Source: Octopus bimaculoides
Taxonomy: Eukaryota
DNA length: 64,000 nt
Reading direction: 5' to 3'
Assembly (NCBI RefSeq): GCF_001194135.2
Contig: NC_068991.1
Coordinates: forward strand, 78,020,504-78,084,503
Shown here: piece by piece, positions 1 to 12,549 of the stretch
Layout: the number at the start of each line of letters is the position of its first letter
Position numbering within the stretch: the first letter of the stretch is position 1
The notes under the pieces: model-generated
The model's input: the letters and a program-made list of their open reading frames with translations, nothing else
Told to the model about the DNA's origin: nothing
Database searches by the model: none
Position numbers and translations under genes: made by a program

Positions 1-129
1 ATTACCTTAAGAATACCTTGCTTAAATCCCCAACCTTTTCTTGCAGGGAAAAGTGTAACAAGGCGACCTCACAGGCACTATTGCCACAAAAAAAAAAAAA
101 GGAGGGAGGCTAGCAGACCCTGTAAAGAA

Positions 130-310
130 GCTGTCATTGGGAAGGGCACCCAGATATAGAAACCATGTCAAAAACTGAGACACTAAAACAAGATGTGGTC
201 CTGTGACCTCTTGGATCCTGTTGAACCATCCAAACTACGGCAGATTGAAAGTGGCAGTAAAATGATGATGATAATGATGATGGCAACAACAATGATGATG
301 CTGATGCTGA
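130..310 (+). mobile_element. Decayed RTE-LINE 3' UTR with (GAT)n-like tail
   Basis: GGAAGGGCACCCAGATATAGAAACCATG matches the GGAAGGGCATCCAGCTGTAGAAAC motif of the RTE 3' ends at 13708 and 21661; ends in ATG/GAT repeats. Confidence 0.55.
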
Positions 311-559
311 TGGTGATGACAAATACTCCTCTGAAGCACTTTCACTCAGCCATATTATTAAACAAAACCATTAGCTTATGAAATCCTGGATGTTCACACC
401 AGATGCAGAGTGCACTTGCACTCACATGCCATGATGGAAGACAGAAGAAAGAGTTCTTCGTTGATTCCACGAAATTTCTATCAGAGAATTAGCTTTTGAA
501 CTGAATGAATTAACATTAATGTAATTAAGAAGCTGCAGAAACATTAACAATGAAGAATA

Positions 560-1430
560 GGGAGTAGCAATGCCAAATGCGGGGAGAAGGAAGAGTAAGG
601 ATTTTGCAAGTGATGAGGGGGGTGAGCAAGGGGGGTACTGAGATGTTGAGTGATGGTGAATGTAGATATAAGATGATGTTGATTGACTGAATGATCTGAT
701 ATTGTGTTACAATGATTGGCCCAGCATTGAGTAATGACTTACGGCATGAGGTGGCATTAATTGATGGTGTCTGAATTGATTGATGGGCAGTGAATGAGGT
801 AACACTGACCAATGGGCAAGCAAGAATATGAGGGGACGTTGACACCATGTGAGAGTATGCTGTATTATAACGGATGGTGAAAGAGGTAGCCTTGACCAGA
901 GGTAAATTGGGCACTGAATGACCAAGTGAGATGGTGATTAATGACTGTGAGTAAGGTGAACTTGACTGACCAACAGCCAGTGAGGAGACATGTGACTAAT
1001 GGCAAGTAAGATGATGTTGACTGACATGGAATCAAATGATAACGATTGATGGTGAGTGAGAAAACACTACTGACAAGTGAATTAACATTGACTAGCAGTG
1101 AGCAAGATGATAATGAGTGACAGTGAGGGGGGGCATTGACTGACAATCAATGAGATGACACTGACTGATGATGAGTGAGGTGACTCACTGGTAATGAATG
1201 AGATGACAATGAAATGACAGTGAGTTGGCACTGACTGACAGTCAATAAGACAACACTGATTGACAAAAAAAATGAACATTGACTGATGGTGAGTGAGGTG
1301 ACACAAACTGGCTGTGAGATAGCAATGAGAGACAGTGTGGTGACCCTGATTGAGTGTGAGTGAAGTGACCTTGACTGATGAAGAGTGAGATGACTGACAG
1401 TTAAGCAAGACGATATTGACTGATGGCAGA
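560..1430. repeat. Degenerate minisatellite-like tract, about 20-25 bp units (GTGAGATGACACTGACTGATG-like)
   Basis: Recurrent ACTGACTGA, GTGAG and GATGA words at short irregular spacing; strongly G/A-skewed plus strand. Confidence 0.65.
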
Positions 1431-2004
1431 AAAGGGGAATCATTGTGGGAAGTGGATGAAGCGTAGAACTGTCAGTGGGGTTAAGGGTTTAGAAGTTGAA
1501 ATAATTCTGAATAAATATAAGAGGGACGCGGGTGGGGGTGGGGTGGTCATCTATGATTAAGGCTGCAACAAGGTATTGGACATACAGTCAGTGATCAATA
1601 ATTTTTTAACTGGACAACAAAGTTGTGTATCCATGTGATGGGATGGGGGGGGGGATGTCGCTTTAGGGCGTGGTCACACGGGGCATTTACTAAGAGACCC
1701 TCAGAGGGGTTTAGAAGCCCAGACCTGACCTGTCTATGCTGGAGCTTGCTGTCAATAAGTGAACACAATAGGGTCTTGTGCACTAAGTGGCCATGGCGTG
1801 GAGGGGCTACAATACTGTTCAGACGGCCCTAGATGGGGGTAGACACTTAGGTGCGCATGTGTCCGTTGGTTTCAGACTGCACTTGTCTACATATGGACGT
1901 GTGCATTTGTATACATGTGCAGGTGAAAAACAAAGCTTAATGCTTATGTCTGTGTGTTGCAGAAATGTTTATTTATTAAAAAAACAAATAAACGAATGCA
2001 AATG

Positions 2005-2140
2005 TATGTTGGTGTAATTGTTGTTATTGTTGAGCCCAAAGTAAACTCTGATCGAGCAGAGCCAAATTTAAAGTCATTCACGTCGTGAGACTATCTCGTC
2101 TTTAATGTAAAGTAGAATGCAGTTTAAAGGACGTATAGCT
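2005..2140 (-). mobile_element. 3' tail of (CAA)n-tailed SINE-like family D
   Basis: TTGTTGTT...CTCTGATCGAGCAGA is the reverse complement of the tail GTCTGCTCGATCAGGG..CTAAACAACAAC seen at 6340-6400 and 26765-26815. Confidence 0.55.
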
Positions 2141-2227
2141 GCTATATCCAGCAAATTAAACAATCACATAGATGCGGGAACTTTATTTTGCTCGGATCAT
2201 TGTATATATATATATATAAACAATATA

Positions 2228-2270
<43 letters not shown>

Positions 2271-4129
2271 NNNNNNNNNNNNNNNNNNNNNNNNNNNNNN
2301 NNNNNNNNNNNNNNNNNNNNNNNNNNNNNNNNNNNNNNNNNNNNNNNNNNNNNNNNNNNNNNNNNNNNNNNNNNNNNNNNNNNNNNNNNNNNNNNNNNNN
2401 NNNNNNNNNNNNNNNNNNNNNNNNNNNNNNNNNNNNNNNNNNNNNNNNNNNNNNNNNNNNNNNNNNNNNNNNNNNNNNNNNNNNNNNNNNNNNNNNNNNN
2501 NNNNNNNNNNNNNNNNNNNNNNNNNNNNNNNNNNNNNNNNNNNNNNNNNNNNNNNNNNNNNNNNNNNNNNNNNNNNNNNNNNNNNNNNNNNNNNNNNNNN
2601 NNNNNNNNNNNNNNNNNNNNNNNNNNNNNNNNNNNNNNNNNNNNNNNNNNNNNNNNNNNNNNNNNNNNNNNNNNNNNNNNNNNNNNNNNNNNNNNNNNNN
2701 NNNNNNNNNNNNNNNNNNNNNNNNNNNNNNNNNNNNNNNNNNNNNNNNNNNNNNNNNNNNNNNNNNNNNNNNNNNNNNNNNNNNNNNNNNNNNNNNNNNN
2801 NNNNNNNNNNNNNNNNNNNNNNNNNNNNNNNNNNNNNNNNNNNNNNNNNNNNNNNNNNNNNNNNNNNNNNNNNNNNNNNNNNNNNNNNNNNNNNNNNNNN
2901 NNNNNNNNNNNNNNNNNNNNNNNNNNNNNNNNNNNNNNNNNNNNNNNNNNNNNNNNNNNNNNNNNNNNNNNNNNNNNNNNNNNNNNNNNNNNNNNNNNNN
3001 NNNNNNNNNNNNNNNNNNNNNNNNNNNNNNNNNNNNNNNNNNNNNNNNNNNNNNNNNNNNNNNNNNNNNNNNNNNNNNNNNNNNNNNNNNNNNNNNNNNN
3101 NNNNNNNNNNNNNNNNNNNNNNNNNNNNNNNNNNNNNNNNNNNNNNNNNNNNNNNNNNNNNNNNNNNNNNNNNNNNNNNTGTGTGTGTGTGTGTGTGTGT
3201 GTAAAGAAAATTAGAGTATTTACATCTACACATTATAGTATAATTAGTATATTTACTTTCACACGTAAATGTGGTTGTTTAGCGTCGGCTCAGCCCTGCT
3301 TCCAGACATCCAAGCTCACGGAGTTTCCAGTTGTTACCGTTAAGATCGCCTCCTTTATCAAATGTGCTCTTCAAGGTTTGAATGAAAGGTTTTGCTGCTA
3401 TTTCTAGCCCTCTGCTTTCCTCGTCACACGTATTTTAGGTAGTAGAATGGTAGGTAAGTAAATTATGTAGAGAGGGCGGGAAAGAGGTGGACAGGTAGAG
3501 AGAGACAGTATGCTTTATATGTCTATACATAACGTAGGTTTGTGTGCAAACTCTCACATGCATGGTAATGTGCTTACGTTAGAATGAGTACTAATGCATG
3601 GGAAGCATGTGTAATTCCTGCAGCCATTGTAGGCATATCAAATATAGTCGGTCATCTGGAGATCACCAAGCAGACAGGAAGACATACATGCGAAGGTGGA
3701 GACGGTGAAGATGGCAGAAACTAGATTTTTTTTTTTAATTAAACCGCAGCCAACCTACTTAGCTACCTACAAATCTTGCCTCAAACCAGTCAAGGCTGAC
3801 GAGAGAAAAACCAATTTATAAACTGGCTATTTATTTACTTATTTACCGTTTGATCAGGTCAATGACCAAATGTATAAAGAAGGGGAAGAACAGAGAAAGG
3901 GCGAGTTGTAGGGTAATTCTAAAAATGAGTTGTTTTTTTTAACTGCTTGATGTTACCTGTTCGAATGTGAAAGTTATACTCCAGTGAATCAGTACAGTTA
4001 TTAAATAGTATCTGCTAATTATTCTACTTCTCACCTTTTTGAGAACTGATAAAGTAAACGCAAGTAGGATTTGATCCCAGAACGTCGAGGGCCGAAAGTA
4101 GATTGACTCTACTCATATGTCGATAATGC

Positions 4130-4320
4130 CTCTACGTGTCGCCTGACTTGCTAGAAATAACGGTCAAATCTTGTTCAAATTACACCCTACTGTCTTAAAT
4201 AAAAAGGATACGTTGGATAACAAAGCTGTATATACACTGTCTTAAATAAATTAACTGGGTTGTCACGACTGGAATGGTCTTGATCATAATCGGCCTGAAG
4301 TTTAAACAAGAATAGCAGGT
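4130..4320 (+). mobile_element. SINE-like family D copy
   Basis: GACTTGCTAGAAATAAC..CAAAT..ACACCCTACTGTCTTAAA..GGATACGTTGGATAA..CACGACTGGAATG, shared with copies at 6190-6965 and 9205-9410. Confidence 0.6.
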
Positions 4321-5539
4321 CGAAATCTCAGATCTATTCGCAGAATATTCTAGCAAATAGCAAAAGAAATACATATTGAATACATTTATGCTGCATTTTT
4401 AATTTTCTTTTCATAATGAAAATATAATTAACAATTGCATACAAAATGTCATGATACACTTCAAATGCAAGCTGTATTATATGTATTTACACATTAGAAT
4501 TAATATTTATGTTCCTGGGAAATAATGTCTCTGTAGCAATAATAGAATTAAAACGATCTTTAAAAAGATGTAAACACCACTAACATGCAAATCAAGAGAT
4601 TTTTGTACGATTTATAATATAATACTTATGGTTTGAAAGCATTGTGTGAAAAAGAAAGAGTTAAGATTACACTTAACAAAACTTTTTACTCTCCACTTTT
4701 ACTTTTCATTGCAGAAAGCAAAGAAATTGTACAAATTGCAATGTACAAAATTGTTTCTGATTTGGTGATTGGATTTTAAAAATCAATTTCAAACTTTGCA
4801 TGTTTTGAAAAGTTAAGATTTTAAGTAGTTAAACAATTCAGAAAAAAATAAAAGAAAAATGCTTAGTTAATTAAACTTCCGTTTAACAAAATTATACTAC
4901 ATCTCTTTTTAAGTAGCTTAAAATCCATATTAATGTAAGAGCTACCGTATCGGATCGGTTTGAGCGATGAGTTAACTGATCTGGCGCATCTCATAGGTTC
5001 CCAAAATAGAGAAGACAGCCGACTCCAACTTAAAAAAAAAAGAAGTAAAAACAGTCCCTCATTGGAAGAAACATTCAGAACCTATTTTAGATTTCAAATC
5101 ATGAACACAGGTATTAATTTACAGCTACTTTTGACAATTGGAAAAGGAGTGTTTTCTCACATTCAATCCCACGTCGAGAAGTTGTCGGGATGGGTTACTA
5201 AACACTATTGCAGTAATATTATAAATAATCTCTTTATAACTGCATAATAGCTACAATATGGAGTTAAACCGTCAGGTTAAGCGTAAACAATGCATCATTA
5301 CAGTCTACCTTACTCCCTAAACATACTCATACAACACCTACATACATACGAGCCAATGAAGGTAATTAAACACCAGCAATTTCCAACCTGAGGTTTGCAG
5401 AACCTTGGCGGTAGTGGGCGGGGCGGGGGTCACAAAAGTAACACAAGCGAATTGTGAACTGAGGGCGAAATTTTAAAAGGTTGCAGTACAAAATGTATAA
5501 CAACGTTACATATCTCTTACAAGCACTTGACTTAATCGT

Positions 5540-5745
5540 TTGCCCGGTTTAACAACATCACCTAGGATCTTGGATGCCTTTAGCAGAGTCCGTTCTATTG
5601 GTAAGATACAGGCCAAGTTTCCGTTTCTGAAGATTCCTTCCTTTCTTCCCCTCTCTCCCTCTCACCAGTCTCGGAGGCCCTGCCAATGGAGCATAGCTAC
5701 CCATTCTCTCCCGGATAAGCGATGAAAACAAAACAGAAATGAAAC
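5540..5745 (+). repeat. Unclassified dispersed repeat, copy 1 (homologous to 7165-7370)
   Basis: Shared blocks GGTTTA..CACCT..CTT(G/A)GATGCCTTTAG..GAGTC and CCCTC..ACCAGTC(T/C)CG; both copies end in A-rich tails. Confidence 0.55.
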
Positions 5746-5974
5746 TAGGAAAACCGAGTGTAGATTGGTTTTAATAAAACAGTTTATTGAGGTAAGACAG
5801 ACTTTTCAAATGCTTTTGGTCTGCGGCAAAATTTAATTTAAATAAAAAGGGGTTCTTTTGTGACAGATCAAGGCTAGAACGCCTTTTGTCATAGGACCTC
5901 TTGATCAAGAATGAAATAAAATAAACCCCCACCACCACATACACACAAGTAGTAGTAGTAGTAGTAGTTAAGCA

Positions 5975-6160
5975 CAATATTTCAAATTTGGGGGAGTGGG
6001 GTTTAAGCTGAATTATATGGGGTCCAGTACTTGAATGGATCCTCTATTTTATCGATCACGAAAGGATGAAAATTGAAACCAGAACGTAAAAGAGTCGTAA
6101 GTACCAGCAAGGCTTGTTGTCCGACGCTCCACTGATTATCACTGCAACGCCCTCGGCAGT
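5975..6160 (-). mobile_element. Old tRNA-SINE family A copy
   Basis: Reverse complement gives AGCGTCGGACAACAAGCC..ACGTTCTGG..TTTCATCCTTTCGTGATCGATAAAATA, matching the family A head and body. Confidence 0.5.
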
Positions 6161-6189
6161 TGTAAATGTTAGTAATCGTTAATCACCAT

Positions 6190-6965
6190 CTCAGAGAGAA
6201 TGGTTTATTTTAGCGTCCGACAACAAGAGGTACACCACAAGAGGAGGGAGAAACCTCCTTTAAGTCACACCCTATTGTCTTAAAAAAAGGGAGACGGTGA
6301 GCTTGAAATAAAGTGACGTGATGGTCACGAAGCTGGAACGTCTGTGATCATAAGTTTGTCTATTTGATCAGGGTTGACCCGGAGATAAACAACAATGACG
6401 AGCTAATGCGAGATCCACTACACAGTCGCTCAGCATGCTAGAAATAGCAGCAAAATACCTCGCAAATCATACCCTACCGTCTCAAAAAGGGGTGCGTTTG
6501 GATAATGTAGTTCCTGACATATAAAACGAAGGGATGGCCACATATGGAACCTCTGAGTGAAAATTTACTGGATCGGGACTGATATAGAGTTAAACTCCCT
6601 TCTATCACTAGACCCATGCAGTGTTTCGTTTGTTTAACTGTTAGGCAGATGAATTTCTGCTAGGGAAATCATTCTTAAATACCAGTTATATACCAAGGAA
6701 CAGTTTCAGATGTGCCCTAAAATACGTTGCATTGTGCCAATACTATAAGCCACTGTTATTACAAACCAATCAGTGGGCTTTTAAGTGGTCTCTCGACCTG
6801 TTAGAAATAGCAGCCAAATTACCCTAAAATTGCACTTTATCGACATAGAAAATGATACATTAGCTCATGTATAACAGGGTTCCCTTAAAATAAGAAAAAG
6901 ATAGGATGATTACGGCTGAAATGCCTTTCCTTATAATCATTCTCAATCAGGACTAAAACCCCACA
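6190..6965 (+). mobile_element. Three tandem SINE-like family D copies (about 6190-6400, 6420-6595, 6770-6965)
   Basis: Repeated TGCTAGAAATAGCAGC(C)AAA..CACACCCTA..GTCTTAAAAAA..GATGGTCACG..CTGGAA..GATCA units. Confidence 0.6.
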
Positions 6966-7004
6966 GACATTACTATTCTTTACTAACATTACCAATGTTT
7001 AGCA

Positions 7005-7150
7005 ATCAGTGGATTGGCAGAATCGGTAAAAAGACGGGTAAAATGCAGGTAGTTGATTACGTATGTAACCGTAAGCTCTGAGTTCGAATCCGGTCTGGAT
7101 CGACTTTACCTTCATAAATTCTAGAGTAGACAAAATAAAAGTAGTATCAA
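7005..7150 (+). mobile_element. Old tRNA-SINE family A copy (5' part)
   Basis: TTGGCAGAATCGGTA head; CTCTGAGTTCGAATCC B-box-like; ATCGACTTTACCTTCAT body. Confidence 0.6.
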
Positions 7151-7164
7151 GTTCTTATGTAGCG

Positions 7165-7370
7165 ACACAATCCAACGCCTGGTTTAGCCCTGCCACCTGG
7201 CCCTTAGATGCCTTTAGTGGAGTCTTCACTATGGCAAACATCCGAACCAGATACCCGAGCTAAGGACAACTTCGTCTCTCACTTTCCCTCCCTCCCTCCT
7301 ACCAGTCCCGAGACCTTAAAAAGAGTCATGGACGATGCCCTTCCTCTTCAGAATAAACCATAAAAAAAAG
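7165..7370 (+). repeat. Unclassified dispersed repeat, copy 2 (homologous to 5540-5745)
   Basis: Shares the same blocks as copy 1 at 5540-5745. Confidence 0.55.
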
Positions 7371-8464
7371 AATTTTTAAAAATCAACCGCTTTCTCTCTC
7401 TCTCTCCTCAAATGTGTGGCCATCTCTCGATTTCTGTAACCATGAGAATGGAAGAAAGAAAATATGCAAACTATAAAATGAATCGTGGTAATTTAGTTTC
7501 TTTCTTCTATGTTCCGAGTTCAATTCCTGCCGGAGTCGATGTTGAGTTCCTTCCAAATTAAAACCCAACACCAAAGTAATAAATAAATAAACAAATCTTA
7601 AAACACCGGGCACGAAAATGAGTCGATTCGATCGGTTACACATTTCGCCCATAAATTTGTGGTTTTTCTATTACTGTCGACTTTGATCTTCATCTATCCG
7701 AGTAGGAAATCGATAAAACAAACAATCAAATAGTGCAGATCGAATTAATCGACTATACCCTTTCCGCTAAAGTTTGCGGCTTTGTGCTTCATGTTCGATG
7801 ACGACGATAACGTTCATCATCATCATCGCCATGGTCATGATGAGCAGTGGGTTCTGGAAATTCGGAAGTGGCGGGCAAAATTCTGCCCTTTTAATAAAGT
7901 TATGCCCCTTTACATTCCGAGTTCGAATTCTATCACAATTCACTTTGTTTTATTGATCCGGAAAAGAAGAAAAGGCAAACATCAACGAAGTACCCAGGTC
8001 GATCTGATCGATTGTACTTGTTGCCCTAAATATTTGGAGACTTTGCCTCCGTTATAAATCATCATCATCGGTAAATGATGGAATTCTCCCCAACCCTTAC
8101 CTAATCACTTTCGTATGGAGTCGACGACGAAGATGACAAAACGACGATAGTAAGATTGTGTGTGTATGTGTCGCGCGGGGAGGGGTAGATTTGTGTTGTA
8201 TACAATAACGGACTAAAAAACAAAACAGATGTAAAAAAACATAAAGATAACCAAGCAAATATACAATATATTCATTTTTCTTTCATTCAAGAAAACGAGT
8301 AAACGAGGACTACCTACCACGAGGAGGAACATGCCTGTCTTGTGGACAGATCCTTGGTGGCTTTTACATCTCCAGGGAGAAGGTGGTGGGGAAACGAAGC
8401 CGAATCATAAGTGAGAGAAGAGGAGAGAAAGAGGAGAGAGATAGACAGACAGACATAAATACAG

Positions 8465-8510
<46 letters not shown>

Positions 8511-8795
8511 ACAATAACAGTAAAACTATGGCAATCAGGTGCTCTTAGCAAATGTTTCCGTTGACAGAAATACGAAAGCACATGCAGATTTATACATACA
8601 CACCTGCACGCACATGTAGCATGTATACACACACTTGGGTGCATACGAACATACACATGCAGAGTTAGCAGAGGCAATAAAAGAGGAAATGAAATGATAC
8701 GGAGAGCGGCTTTAGTGGACGTCACGAGATACACACGATGGAAGGTGCACTGCATTAATCACGCACTTATCTTTGGCGTCTTGGAGATGTCACCA

Positions 8796-8838
<43 letters not shown>

Positions 8839-9204
8839 GAAGAAACAGAGAGAGGGGGGTATCTTAGCAGTAGCAAAACCACCATTTGACAATGACAAGC
8901 AAGTGCGTGTGTGTTTGTAAGCGAGTGGAAGACAAGCGACAGAAAGATATGTAATATAGCCAGCAGGAAGAATAACGGCACCAGTTCACCACCACCACCA
9001 CCACCACCACGTACGTAGATAAACACACACACACAGATAATAACACGTACACACATGTCGCACACATGTACATAGTATGCAGACACACACAAGCATGCTT
9101 AGAGTTAATGACACACACACACACACACACCAGAAGTGACACACTTCCGCACTTAAGTCGTGCGGACAGAGGACCAAACTGGCTGACTGCTTCTCTAAGC
9201 GATT

Positions 9205-9410
9205 GGTTATTAGTTTGGTGAGGAGACGAGGAGAGTCTGCCCTGATCGAGCAGACAAACCTCTAATGAGCAAAGGCATTCTAACCGTGACCATTCCATTT
9301 TGTCTTTCTCCGAGGACCACATTATCCAACGCGTTCTTCTTTGCATGATTTCAGTGTGGTCTTGGCTACTATTTTTAGCAGGTCGAGCGGCCATGTAGAA
9401 ACCCATTTAG
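9205..9410 (-). mobile_element. SINE-like family D copy
   Basis: CCCTGATCGAGCAGAC..AAAGGCATTC..CCGTGACCATTCC..CATTATCCAACG..TTGGCTACTATTTTTAGCAGGTCGAG is the reverse complement of family D. Confidence 0.65.
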
Positions 9411-9514
9411 GAATCGATTTGTTACAGAGACAAAATAGTGTGTGTGCGTGCGTGCGCGTACAGACAGCTCTCTTAATGAAGAGACGTTATGGGAAGTGGT
9501 CGATAATCAAGAAT

Positions 9515-9650
9515 CGAAACAAGTGGTTAGGATGTTCGTCTTATGATCAGAAGGTGGTAGGTTCAGTTCTTGGAGCAAGCAGTGTGTTGTGTCCCTGTGC
9601 AAAGCACTTCATTTAACACTGCTCCTGTATAAATAGATGAAAATGAGTAT
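9515..9650 (+). mobile_element. tRNA-CORE-type SINE (family C) head
   Basis: AGTGGTTAGGATGTTCG A-box-like, GGTTCAGTTC B-box-like, TGTTGTGTCCCTGTGCAAAGCACTTCA CORE-like segment. Confidence 0.55.
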
Positions 9651-9979
9651 CAACCGAATGCTGGTGTAGCTCTATCCCCCCCTCTCTCTCTCTCCGCAGC
9701 TGTCACACCCAGGATGCTCCACTGGGTCAAAGGTAGGAGGACCGAAAGGATGTCTACGTCTACACACGACCAAGGTTTTCCTCCAAGCTGTGTGCTTGTG
9801 CGCGTACACACTTTTTACAAATAGCGCACAAAGTAAAAAATGTGCGCACACAAGATTCTCAAAATGAAATCGACTTTTTTTTTAATTGAAGAAATCAATC
9901 ATATAATTTCATAAATACACATCGACTGAGGTGTGTCGATACGGTATTTGAGAGATGGTTACCTGCGTGAATATTTTTC

Positions 9980-10510
9980 TTTTATCTTTTACTTGTTCCA
10001 GTTATTGGACTGCGTCCATGCTGGAGCATCACTTTGAAGGGTTTACTCAAAGAAATCGACCCCAGTACTTATTTTGGTAAATTCTTGTACGTCTGGTATT
10101 TATTCTATCGGTTTCTCATTTGCCTAACTGCTAAGTTACGGGGACGTAAAAAAAAAATTAACACTGGTTGTTAAGTTGTGGAAGGTGGGAGCAAACACAG
10201 ATACAAAGACACCCACACACAGAAACGATGGGCTTCTACACAGTTTCCATCTACCAAATTCACTCACAAGACTTTGGTCGGCCCAGGGCTATAGAAGGCA
10301 CCTGCAATGAGATTGAACCCAAAACGACATGGTTGGGAAGCAGACACACAAAGGGCTTCCACACAGTTGCCATCAACCAAATTCACTCACAAGGCTTTGG
10401 TCATCTCGGGTCTTTGGCAGAAGCCACTTACCACCAAAGGTGCAACAGAATGGAACGGAAGCGAAAACCACATGATTGCAAAGCAATCTTCTTAATCACT
10501 CAGCCATGAC
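9980..10510 (-). mobile_element. CORE-type SINE family B (similar from memory to octopus OR/OK-type SINEs; family name not verified), one full copy plus an extra head
   Basis: Reverse complement of the tail CAGCATGG..AAACAAGTAAAAG, the body ACGTCCCCGTAACTTAGC and two heads GTGAGTGAATTTGG. Confidence 0.75.
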
Positions 10511-10654
10511 TGAGTCTGCACAGATTTTGTAGAAACAAACCAATATCTGCACACAGGTACATAACCACACACACACACTAATGAGCATGGCTACAAAACC
10601 CTAACAACTAGGTCATGCCTTCATATGCATCCATCCATGCTGAACAAATTGACT

Positions 10655-10930
10655 CCAGGACTTATTTCTTTTTTTAAAATCTGGTTGATCTCTGTTGCCA
10701 AAACACTGAGTTATGCAGACATAAACAAACTAACACTGGTTGTCAAGTGTTCTGGGGGTGGGGACGGACGGGGACACACACACACACAGTTTTCATCTCC
10801 CAAATCCACTCACAGGACATTGGTCAGTACCAGGGCTGTAGTAGAAGACACTTGCCCAAGGTGTCACACAGTAGGATTGAACCTGAAACCACACAGTTGC
10901 AACACGAGCTTCTTGACCAAACAGCCATGT
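10655..10930 (-). mobile_element. CORE-type SINE family B copy with heavy CpG decay
   Basis: CAAATCCACTCACA..GAAGACACTTGCCCAAGGTG..GGATTGAACCTGAAACCAC; CpG sites of other copies read TpG or CpA here. Confidence 0.75.
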
Positions 10931-11719
10931 CTGCAAAGAAATAAGGCTCTTCCTGCTGACTATTGTTTCATATTTCATTTGTTACTGTTGAGGTGAGAAT
11001 GTCTGAAACAAGGTCAGCCATTGCATGAATAATGTTTGGTATAAAATGCCAGTCACTCTCTTCAATTAGTTGAAGACATTGATTTATGCACATGACAATA
11101 TTCTAAAGCAGACCTTTCACAAACGGTAACGACCATAACAATACATTTGCTTTCACAATACAACAACAGCAGAATCTCCTCAAACACAATAATGCCAAAC
11201 CAAAAGTAGATTCGGCCAATATTCGATACTATGCAACTAACCCTTTAAAAGAAAAGGAAAAAAGATAAAATAAAGAAAGAAGGAAACAAAGATTGGAAAC
11301 GGAATTGGCTGCAGAATTCATGCTTATTGTTGCTTTCCCATCTTTTTAATGAAATATTGATTTTCTTTTATTGTTGTTTTTACCAAGTACAGAACCATAA
11401 GTATTTAAGGAATAGGAAACTGAATGTTGTATCATTAATGCCACTTTCAACAGAGTTAGGAGCATAGATGATAGGAATTAGTTTCAGACAAATCTGGATT
11501 TCTGAATTGACTTGTAAAGGAATTACGTTTCTGCTGTCTGTCTGTCTGTCTGTCTGACTACTGTAAAAACACAGCAACTGCATAGAACATACCAGATGGT
11601 CATTTTTCCTCTCACATAATGGTCCCTAACTAGTGGGTTGTGGTCCAGCACTAGGTCATGGGTCATTTGGTACTGAGCCACACAAAAAGAATAAATTCTT
11701 TAATTTTGAGTTGTACTAT

Positions 11720-12075
11720 CATCATAATCATTATCATCACTATTTAACATCCATTTGTCCATGCTGGCATGGGTTGGACAGTTTCACCAGGAGTGATAAG
11801 CTGAGGGGCTGCACTAGACTCCAGTCTGGTATGGTCTGCTACAGCTGGATGCCCTTCCTAATGTCAACCACTCCAAGCGCATAATGGGTGCTTTTATGTG
11901 CCACCAACACAGGTGCCATTTGCATGACACCAGTATCTGTCACAATTACAGTTTCACTTGGCTTGATGAGTCTTCCTTCTCAAGCATGGAATATTGCCAA
12001 AGGCCTCAGTCATTTGTCATTGCCTCCATGAGGCCCAGCGCTCAAAAGGAGCTTTTTACACGTCACCAGCACATA
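11720..12075 (-). mobile_element. Old RTE-LINE 3' UTR
   Basis: CATCACTATTTAACATCC..CCATGCTGGCATGGGTTGGAC..CAGCTGGATGCCCTTCCTAATGTCAACC, the same motif order as 13708-13925. Confidence 0.75.
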
Positions 12076-12079
12076 AAAA

Positions 12080-12420
12080 GTTAAAGGGTAAAGATGCCCT
12101 TCAGTTATGAATAACCATGTGATTGCAACCTAGAAAGTTCTCCTCCAAGACACAAGTCTGGGCAAATTTGTGTATGGAAGACCAGCAGTCGCCCATGCAT
12201 ACCAGCCCCCCCTCCTCCACAAAACCAATATTATCCACGGAAAAGGCAAAGGCCAATACAATTTGGCACCAGTGACATCACAACTCATTTCTACGGTTCA
12301 GTGAACTGGAGCAATGTGAAACAAAGTGTCTTGCTCAAGGACACAACACACACCTTAATCTGGGAATCAAACTCACTACCTCATGATTGTGAGCCCAAAG
12401 CTCTCACCACTGAGCCATGT
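12080..12420 (-). mobile_element. tRNA-CORE-type SINE (family C), near full length
   Basis: Reverse complement: GTGGTGAGAGC..GTTTGATTCCC..TGTTGTGTCCTTGAGCAAGACACTTTGTTTCACATTGCTCCAG. Confidence 0.7.
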
Positions 12421-12423
12421 ATT

Positions 12424-12465
<42 letters not shown>

Positions 12466-12549
12466 CAATGTAATTATGGTAGAAATAAATGGCATAATAC
12501 GGAATGTAATAACTACATTTGCATTATATAAGTAACAAATTATATACAT

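Noticed and set aside
1523-1546. Four G-tracts (potential G-quadruplex)
   Set aside because: It is a single short motif with no functional context, expected by chance among G-run microsatellites.
2142-3233. Long ORFs spanning N gaps (also 13798-14850, 17210-17623, 31742-32403, 57048-58100)
   Set aside because: They are open only because N codons contain no stops; the flanks are microsatellites or repeats.
4690-4860. Strong polypyrimidine tract plus CAG acceptor at about 4714 followed by short frames and AATAAA
   Set aside because: It could be a terminal exon, but there is no upstream partner exon or recognisable peptide in AT-rich sequence where such signals arise by chance.
8864-9406. 180-aa minus-strand ORF
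   Set aside because: It overlaps a family D SINE (9205-9410) and (GT)n/(GGT)n repeats.
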